NCBI GenBank assembly: GCA_017499595.2
Contig: CM039003.1
Location: 1,984,001 to 2,048,000 of the forward strand
Length of the DNA: 64,000 nt
Direction of reading: 5' to 3'
From: Psilocybe cubensis
Taxonomy: Eukaryota
Shown here piece by piece: positions 54,721 through 64,000 of the stretch. The stretch's first letter is position 1, and each line of letters begins with the position of its first letter. Position numbers and translations under genes: made by a program. The notes beneath the pieces are model-generated. The model was not told the origin of the DNA, did not search any database, and saw only the letters and a program-made list of their open reading frames with translations.

Positions 54721-56188
54721 TTAGTATTTTGGCCCGCCAACCTCGAGTTTCTCTCTAGTGCCCCAAGCATTATGCGATTGTGGTCGATCCCCGACTGTGA
54801 TCAGCGATCGCACTTGTGGGGTGTCCGCCCCAATCTCGTAGGTAAACCACTCCGCAGCTTTGAGGGCCCACGCCTGCGCCGCACTCGCACTACAAATATG
54901 GCATCAGTGATATTGCGCGATACTCTCTTGTCAGTCTATGTTGATGCTCACTCGGAATGCGACGCCGCTACCCATGCTGCATCCGCTGCCAACTGTCCAC
55001 GCTCACTCCAGTAGCCTTCCTCATCCTCGATTTCCCAGATTTCCCGTACGTAGTTGATGGCTTGAATACCGTCGATATCCATATTCCCCCATGTCGCAAA
55101 CTTGCGATAGAGCTCAGATATTTTGGACAATCTTCTGTCCGAAGCTTGTGATAACCCATCTGGAAGCGCACAGACGTCACAGGTACATTTGAATCCGTAT
55201 TGCTGAGTAAGATAGGCTCTGTCTTCCGGGATGAGCTTCCTGTGCTATAATTAAGACATTTCGACGAACCTTCTTTCCTCCCTAGGCCTTTTGGTATCAG
55301 TATAAGTTGTCAACAGTTCCTATATGACATCAGTGATTTAATAAACGATTGTCGAGAAAGGGACAAGAATGCTGACCTGTCCTTTCTTGATGTCTTTTAA
55401 AGCATGGACGAATAGGCCTTCGTGTTCGTTTCTCCAACTGTAGACAACATTAAACGCGCTGGAACAACCGTGATTTAGGCGCGCCATCGTTGGAAAAATG
55501 CCAACAGTATCTTTGCCAGCAGATACTGCGTTAGTTTCAAATATTGCGAGAGCAAGACGGTCTACATGTTCCTTGGGGTCCAGGTTCTCCGGAAAATGAA
55601 CATAAGATAAATTGAAAAATGCTTCTTTCTGTACTGATGAAAGCTTTTGTAAGCGTTCAGCTATCAAAGCAGACGGCGACGATTGAACTAATATATCGAC
55701 AAATAAAGTTAGAATATGTCGCGTAACCATTATTGCAAGAACCTTACTGTGCAAGGGAACAGTAAAAAGAGGATATTCTTGAAGGACGAGCTCTCCTTGC
55801 TATAAGTTATATGGTTACATTACGACGCGTCACATATTCCTTGCGTAAAGCCGCAAACCTTGATGTCGCGTGCAGCTAACACACCCTTCCCTTTCCCAGG
55901 AATATCAGAAACGTGGAACATAGGTTCACTTTGCCCATATTCCTTCTCCTTTGTATTCGACGAAGAACCCCCTGAGATATTTCGGTAATACAGGGCACAT
56001 GCAATGGCAACCAAGAAGCTTAACACTGCACCCTTGTTTATCGTCAATTTCGCGTCAATAATAGGCAAAGGTGTTCATACCCATCCCTGCCAGTATGTGT
56101 TCTGATATATGGATTTTCGAGCACCTTGGCTTTTCGTACTCTTTGCCTTTACTCCGCCCTTTCCTCCACTGCGTCGCTGTGAAGGCAT
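54721..56188 (-). CDS. SET-domain lysine methyltransferase with an N-terminal hydrophobic segment
   Basis: DIPGKGKGVLAARDIK, FETNA, GIFPTMARLNHGC, VHALKDIKKGQ/ELLTTY, post-SET Cys motif; AVLSFLVAIACALYY lies upstream of the SET domain. Confidence 0.85.
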
Positions 56189-56720
56189 CCTACACGGCCT
56201 GTTCAAATAACACGATGAGCCTGCCCAACGTAGATAGTCTGTTTGAAGGAGTGGATAAAGGGCCAGAAGGTGATGATCGTCAAGTTGGATGCGCTAGAAA
56301 CGGCAAGTAAGTTGTGACCATTCTCAATGTTGTTTGCACCGTTCCAAGCCAATATACGGCCAGCACATGGTCACGACGTGGGAACGTATCACATATATAT
56401 GATGTTTGGCCAGGACTTTGATTGATGTTGTAGCTTTGAAGTACTGCGAATCGATCACCACTTATTTTAGACTATAGGAAGACTCGTTTTTTTTGAGTTG
56501 TTGTTCAAGGTGAAGGGTTTGGGCATTCAGGCAAGATTTCGACTCTGGTCAACAAAGCAAAACAAAAGCAAGCACACTTGAAACAGGAACTCGAAGTTTT
56601 TTTTTAGAATCTGTTTATTCTCTTGCAACAAGCAACCGAAGCTTGAAGCTTGCTGTACCTCGACGCGTCATACTATCATTCAAGACGCGTCTTAAGTCCT
56701 TCTCTCGCTGCTCGAATCAA

Positions 56721-58449
56721 ATGTACACGCAAGAACTGTCTTCGACGATCTCGCTTACCTCTCTAAATGGAGATGTCCTGTTTATTATCTTCTCTTTCAT
56801 GGATCCCTTAGATATCCTTCGTCTTCGACAGGCATGTTTTCTATTTGTCTACACAAGGAACACTTCTGACTTCATTTAAAGACATGTAAAGTTATGAAAG
56901 CTGCAACTATGCAGCCAACTATCTGGATTGCAAGATTAGCGAAGATCGTACAAGAAAACAGGCTCTTTGGTCCAACTTACCAATTTGATGATATGTCTGT
57001 TTTTGACCTTGAGCGTGCAGTCTTTTTGCCACCCAAATTGCTAGAGCATGCCAAAGAATCCGAAGAAAACCTAATTCCACCTTTCTCTTGCCGTGTTATT
57101 ACAAACCTTTTGGAGGAGGACGAAGTGATAAGTAAAGGAATGTATTCCACATACAGGGAAGGTAGTGATGTTAACGACATCATCATGATTCCTGGTGGTC
57201 GATTCCTGTTCACAATGTCTGAAAAACACGGAGATGGGGTAACTTACACCAAGCTTTGGGACCTTGGGCAACCAAATACCCAACCATCGCGCATAACTCT
57301 TCTTTCTCGACTTGCTGGTCAGGAGCGGATATGCACTACAGCGCCTACACCTGATGGTTTGGGCATCCGTGTCATTACCGCCACGACGGCCAAAGAAGAC
57401 TAGTGAGTCATGATCAATGTTTTTTAGTCATTCATAGGGAACTAATTTAAACCAGTCAGATCAAAGTATATCATATATTTCCGCTTTCTCCAAAACCGCG
57501 TTTCGAACAAACCGCGAGCATAAAATTGTCTGAATATATCAGATCGGTTAACATTTCTGGAAACCGTATAATTTGCTCCACGAGCCGTCCTCCCCAACCC
57601 GATCTCTTTGGAATGACCCCTCAACCGGAGCTCATGATGGGATTTATTCTCATCTGGGACTTTATCAATAATACCTCTGCCGTACTCCGACCAACTTACC
57701 CACTACCTCAGGAAGTGCGTTTTCCTCTTTGAAAACGCGGTTTATGCGTTATATTGACAGAACAACAGTTATACCTCTGGGGGAAACACGTCATAACGTT
57801 CCATTCCAATACACTTTCTTTGTGGTCAATACCACCCCTCACCCCGGGCACCCCACAATTTATACGCAGCATGCCCGCGAGCGCTCCTAAATGGACAAGT
57901 GTACTATCTGCCTGGAGCGTAGATCGTGCTGGGGCAAAAAATAATATGCTTCTCCCGCAGACCGGTTGGATCCCTGCAGACTCCTGTTCACAATACCTCA
58001 TCGCTGAAAGTATTCCAATTGAGCCCAGTGATGACCTCCCACAATATGCTGTGTATCGAATTGACAGCTCTTGGGCCAAAATTTCTTCAATTTCTTCCAC
58101 CGATACCCACTCCGAAACAGAAGAAAAGCAGCAACCACAGCCTCAACATATAGTGGATTTCGATCCCAATTTATTCGGAGAAGATTTCAGGATGTATCGC
58201 TCTCCTGCACCACCACAAATATTCAAAAAGGATATCTTTTTGACTTTTGATGCTAGTGGGAGCATCGTCATGGCTGCGATACCTCTACCCAATGTAGAAA
58301 ATAACGAAGTTACACAGGGATGGAAATTTTGTTGCCTAGCTATAGGGAGGCTTAGTAGTACTACATACCTACAATTTTGTCCTGCAACAGGTAGAGGGTG
58401 CTCTTTGTGGGGTGGTGAAGTTAGGGTCTTTGACTACATGTTGCTATAA
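56721..58449 (+). CDS. F-box domain protein (lineage-expanded type)
   Basis: LTSLNGDVLFIIFSFMDPLDILRLRQ/TCKVM...IW F-box; IPGGRFLF; C-terminal FCPATGR...VRVFDY. The first intron is GC-AG (56832-56881). Confidence 0.85.
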
Positions 58450-59255
58450 TACATTACAACCTGTATTTGCCTTGCGCCGCCATGTCTGTCAATACAGAAA
58501 AATAACTTCAAGTTCCTTAATTGTATAGGAGGAGAACCCCGATTCGTTGGACATAAACCAGTATATAAAATTGTCCAATAGCCATGATGCAAACCCAGTA
58601 TAATACTACTACAGTATGTCGTAAGCAATGAAGTTATGACACTTCCTTAGTCGTATACCGTGTACCGGGCGTGCTCATGATAATTGCTCAATTCGACGAT
58701 CTTTGGGATCATCGAGGTGGCTTAACGTTTAGGTCACTCGCTCTGCGTGTAACACATTTGCCTTGACATGTCACCAGGTTCTGGTGTTAACGAACTCGGC
58801 TAGTGACTGTTGTGTCGTCTTTGGTAATTGAACCTCAGGCTACTGTAAGACAGCGCAAAGTGGAAGTTCAGAGAGCAGAATGCTGATGCCTCTTTATATC
58901 CAATATTCTCTCAGGTGAGGTGTGAAGAATAGTGTAAGACCTCAAAGAGAGATTGTGTTTTGGATTTGACCTAATTCAACATGAGTTGAGTACTGTGATT
59001 AAGGAGTTCGAGACCACAGTCATACAGTTCTTTGACTGTCCAGACACTATCACTCGCATATCAATGTGCTGTTTGGAAGGCTGCAGATCAGGGCAATAAA
59101 TGGCCAAACCATTTAATTGATGTATAGATGGTATCTACTTCTTGTAGGAAGTTGGACCAGGGTTCACGACAATGGAGCCGGAGACTTGACGCTAAGCGAA
59201 GACACAAACGACACGATGAAAAGGCCGATGCAGGCCTTCTTCAATCGAGACCTGT

Positions 59256-60229
59256 TCAAGGTCGCCTGGAATCCAGTTTACCGGCCAGCATTATTGCAAA
59301 GGTCACAGTTACTAACGCAGTTAACACGATAGCAATGAAACTCGTTGCAATACGGGCAACAGGGAAATATCCTTTTGTCAAAGCACTCTGGACTGTAAAA
59401 TATCTCGTGACCCCTGCAAATGACCATCAGTTGACAAGAAATGGAACATAATATATGATGAACTATACCAATGAAAAGAACAAGTATCCCGATAAAGACT
59501 GTTGATGCTCCTAGAGGGCGGATATAAGCTTGAAGTCGATATGGGGGCCCCTGAGTAGGTAAAGTGGATGTAACAGAAAACAACTGAACCAAAGCTGCAA
59601 GACGTTTGTATCAAGCATCGGTCAGTCTCTCCAAACATCCCAGGGAAAAACATTAACGAATAGAAAGGCTTACCTACGCCAGAGGATGCAATTGCAAGGC
59701 TCGTGCGCATATATGCCAGGAATGTTCGCTCAGATGCCAAGTGATCGCGCGCCACACTTCCTGAGTTCTCCAAACGTAAAGATACGCTCTCCAGGACGCG
59801 AAACGGCAACTTCGAAGAAATTTGAGCGTCCCCAGTACTTTGAAAAGTTTCAGTGTCGTCGCCGATGTTGGTGCGCGACCATTTGTGCTGCGATGAACGT
59901 TGCGCCAAACACTTGTCCTTCTGGATCGAGATTCTAGATATACTCTGAATGTTGTCTTCATCGCTGTCCCTATCTGGATCTGGACTACACTGGGCGATAG
60001 AGGATCGAAGAGACGACCCATCGTAAGTTCGAGCATACGATGGGCCTATACCACATTGATATTCACTACCCGAATTGAGCAAAGGTGTACTCTCATTTAC
60101 GGCCTTTCCTGTCCTAGCGGACCCACCATCTACGCTAGAGGAAGTTGTTTGCATTGAGGAAGCTGGTATAGATGGTGGGTGTAAATTGGAAGGCGGGGTA
60201 GACTGGCTTGCGGAACCCAAGAGAACTGG
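59256..60229 (-). CDS. DUF202 (YidH-like) membrane protein; 5' end uncertain
   Basis: LENSGSVARDHLASERTFLAYMRTSLA signature followed by three TM helices; an ESTPLL dileucine-like motif in the N-terminal region. Confidence 0.85.
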
Positions 60230-60649
60230 CTATAGAAACCCCGAGGGGCGAGCTTGAGTATCGGTATATAAACATCATTCTGGAGAACAAAACAGAGATC
60301 CTCAATTTTAGGCTGAGTTCTTCTGCCCTGAGATCAGATATCTGTGACAAATTGTGACCCTCTTGATGCGCGGCTCATCCGGTGCCTCGGACGTTCCAAC
60401 TCTTTTCCAACCAATTTCCAACTCAACTCGCTCATTCTTTCCACCATCCCTCAACCCCGCAGCATCATACACCGAAAGCCACGGACAGTATAGGATATTG
60501 TTACTTTTTTGTGGTGAACAAAAAACTGAAAGCAGACCTGATTCCGCCGCGAACGCAATCATATCGGAGGTTACTCAATTCCCAGTCAAAGCAAGTCGAT
60601 AGACGGAGAGGAGTGACGATTGGTGACGTTTGCGCTATCCAAAATGTTT

Positions 60650-62104
60650 TCATTCCTTCTTGATTTTATCAGAATTTAGAGTGTACATGAAGCTGCCAAA
60701 GAAGACCATAAAGGCTCCGATACCCAGTTGCGCGTTCCAATCAGTCCCAAACCACCACACGCTAAAGCATAGACTCAAAGCTTTGCGTACAGTGAGTGCA
60801 ATGTTTGTGGAAACGGAGGAAACTTGCTGTTCAAACTTATGAGCACAAGCAAACGAAAAGAAACAGTCAACGTACCGAGCTTAGTCGATTCACCCCAGAG
60901 ACACAAATCAATTGGGTCAATAAATTACCAGCAAGAATTCCAAAAGCTTGGAATGCTGGGATGTTCGACGGTGAATTGTAAAGACTAACAATTCCTTGTT
61001 GTATATCGTGGCCAAGGAAGATATATATAGGCAGCGAGAGTGCATGCTACACCGATGTCAATCAACCTTATCATTGGAATCTCTAACCGATTTGCTTACA
61101 GTATAAAACATGCCTTCTTGCCAGCATGGCCCATATTTTGTGTAGGTCTGCTCTTGAAGCATACCCAGAAGTCCTCCGCAAAAGAGAGAAACAGTTAGCA
61201 TAGAAATACCAATAAAATATTTGCTGAAGTCGTCTGAAGATAGTTTGTGGGTCTGAGTTTCGGTGCTGGACGTTGCCCTTGAAAGAGTGACGACTATCAC
61301 TCCTGCAGTGACCATTATTATGGATATCTAGATGGAACTATCAGACGGAGGATATAAATGCGACCAGCTATACTCACCAACTGTCGAACAGAATACCGTT
61401 TCTTTAAGATAAGGAAGCCGAAAAGCATAGACACAGGAAGGCCTATACAAAATTGTTTATTGTCTGCGTCCATGGTTGGGTAAAAGCACTTGCCTGCAGA
61501 GCGAAAGACAATGAAAATAGTGATGGGGACATTGTAAGCAAAAGCCCAGTTATTGAGTAAAGACCCTGTCGTAAGAACAAGAACTTGAATCGCCCATAGT
61601 TGCAATGGAACTTGTCGCGGCTTGAGCCGAGGGAGAAATCCAGAGCCAGAAAATGTCAGAAACGACGGCAGTGATTGCGTTGCGATAAACAAGGTCTGGC
61701 AAAAAGTCATAGCTGAACCTAAATGTGTAAAGAATTAGTGATACCAGATAGAAAGATGATAACTATAGACGAATACCGACCAAAGCGAGGGTTCATGTTG
61801 AGCAATTGCTCGTACGAAATGACATTGCTGATTATAATAACTCAGAACAAAATGGGAGTAATTTCAAGGCAGATGACGAACGAGCAGCAGCCTCCAAATA
61901 GCATAGTAAGTGCCTACATTTAATGAGATCAAGATGAATTGTGCGTGATGGGGTTCATACCGTATAGAAATCCAGCAGGGCCGGCGCTACCTCGGATACG
62001 CCCACTGTGGACGATTGCTCTGGTTTGGACCCATTGCTCCCTTTAGCCTGTAAGGTACTGGGCGCCGGGACAGTTTCCGTCGCATTCCTGCGTCGCACAG
62101 CCAT
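60650..62104 (-). CDS. YEA4: UAA-family nucleotide-sugar transporter (Yea4/SLC35B4-like)
   Basis: LFGGCCS/NVISYE, TFCQTLF, LLNNWAF...FIVFRSA, GMLQEQTY..YG, TQLICVSGVNRL, TVRKALSL, C-terminal KIKKE. Confidence 0.88.
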
Positions 62105-62800
62105 GCCAGTAGCGATTCACGAAACTTGGTGTAAGAAAGAAAGGTAGGAAATACTACGTGACCCAAGAATACCACATTCCACGAACCCAACCAGAGTTCA
62201 CGTCGGAGAGGCTGTGGTGCGAAACTTCGAAAGAGCTATGGATGTCGTTGACATCACATGTGCTAGCGGCTGCTCAGTGCTCACGGTGTCGGTAGCGTGG
62301 AAAGCTTTTGTAGGGTATTTCATTTGCCAGTCGGCTGTCGGCGGCAACATTTGATCCCAACCACAACAACCAAATAATTCGTCCTATATTCATACTCTTC
62401 TTCCTTGTACCCATACACCGCGACGCGTTGTTGACGTGATTACTGCAGCTTCATTTTATCCTTTGCTCATTTCTGGACAATAAATCTAGAAAGTCGCGTC
62501 GATGTATCGTCAGCGACCATCGGAAATGCTTTGGTAGGCACCTCGGGTATGGTACCTTCAATGGCCGAGCATGGCCTCACAGTCGACTCTACTCAAACTC
62601 TTCCGACGGATTTCCTTTCCAAAGCGACTGCATATTACGATGATCTTGTACTAGCTTTACTATTCTTACAAACGCTATAGCTTCTTCCGAACGGATACAT
62701 CGGAGGTAGAAGGAGGAAATACTGATTCGCAACCTCGGGCGCATGACTATTGACTGGATCCAATATCTGACTGCCAAATCTGCACTGGCTTTCGACTCGG

Positions 62801-63825
62801 TCATTGATTCAGCATCTCATCTGGCTTCAGGACAGCAGTGAATCGAAGTCGGGTGTACATCATCGCCCACTTGCCGCTGGCATCCCGACAGTCCCCGCGG
62901 CATCTATCCTCGACATCCCTCATGATCTCGCGTGCTTCCTCGTCCGTGAAGTCTCGCAGAAAAGAGTTGCGAGCGAACAGATCGAGCCAGTCGTACAGCC
63001 CTGTGGGCAGCGGGGTGATTCGCGGAGTCAGAGATATGTGGGTCGGTTCAAAGCCTGCTGTGACTAGGAGCTGTATTTTGTTCATGTCAGTTTTGTTACT
63101 TGTTAAAATATCTCGGTGTGGAAAAGACAGACCTTGACATAGTCTTCCATGGATGGGAAATACCAGGGATCTAACTCTTCAGGATCCCGACCCTTTGATC
63201 GTACAACATCATGCAATGCGGATCTCACGCCTTGGAGAATTATGAGCAAGCGGTGATGAAATCCGGAAAAGAGATACTTACCTATCGCGTTCATAAAACC
63301 CCCCATCTCGACGGCAACTCTACCCCCGGGTTTGAGAACCTTGCGAATACCGGTGAGGACACCAAGCGGATCTCTCTTACACCAATGCAAAGCCGCGTTG
63401 CTGAACACCGCGTCAAACTTTTCTGGAAACCCAGGCTCGTCTCGTGGATATTCCAAATCTTGTGCGTCTGCAATAAACGCATGCTTGATGCCGTTTTCCT
63501 TCGCTTTCGTGATCTAAACCGTACCAACCGCAATCAATGCCAACACTTATTTACAGGTTATCTGAATCACCATGCTTTCGCTGAGATCAGTGCCCACTAC
63601 AACACCTCCATCGCCTCGTTCGACGACTTCCTGGATGATCTTTGTTACCTCTCCACTGCCGCACCCAACGTCCAGAATTCGTTCCCCTGGCTGAGCCGCC
63701 AAGAGTTCGAGAACAGGGGTGGTGAACGCTAATGAGTAGACAAACGATGCTGTTTTGTTGTAGTGCGAAGCCGACCACCCAGAGGCATCACGTCTATTTG
63801 TCTGGTCGTTCGCTGTTGAAGCCAT
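62801..63825 (-). CDS. Class I SAM-dependent methyltransferase (trans-aconitate methyltransferase-like)
   Basis: WSASHYN, ERILDVGCGSG, GTDLSESM, FDAVFSNAALHW, LKPGGRVAVEMGG, PWYFPS, YTRLRF. Confidence 0.9.
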
Positions 63826-64000
63826 GCTTTGTGGCACTCGAGGAATGTATGTGAGTGTTCAGCAACCAAACAGTATAGTATACTTATATATGTTATCCTA
63901 ACTCAAGTATATGCTGTAATAGCTGTCGACGTTAAACCTGGCCACACCTTCGGCCGACGTACAAAAATCCAGTCGGGTTAATGGTTGGAAACTTGTTCAC

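Noticed and set aside
62801-63825. Methyltransferase as PsiM or part of a psilocybin cluster
   Set aside because: Motifs are Tam-like (FSNAALHW), not METTL16-like, and no decarboxylase, kinase or P450 lies nearby in the window.

Overview
Gene-dense eukaryotic DNA with many ~50-60 nt spliceosomal introns, from an agaric (mushroom-forming basidiomycete). From memory, the cytochrome P450 reductase closely resembles that of Psilocybe cubensis; this is not verified. About 26 spliced protein genes can be reconstructed: translin, Scm3-like, DHR1, SEN1, class I aldolase, PDX3, Kelch-BTB, CHFR-like RING, CoA-transferase III, YPD1, CHL1, VNX1, DDB1, histone-fold, HIT, SHE9, CPR, SET, F-box, DUF202, YEA4, a methyltransferase and several unknowns. 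I see no transposon, tRNA, rRNA, CRISPR array or secondary-metabolite cluster. The most notable observations are: (1) a candidate two-hairpin box H/ACA RNA in an oversized intron of the CHFR-like gene; (2) a class I (Schiff-base) aldolase, atypical for fungi, with an intact DHAP site but an altered C6-phosphate site and no C-terminal Tyr; (3) a structured intron with competing 3' splice sites in the CoA-transferase gene; (4) a small spliced orphan gene missed by the ORF track; (5) five GC-AG introns. Gene models and RNA folds were made by eye; CDS coordinates span start to stop including introns.
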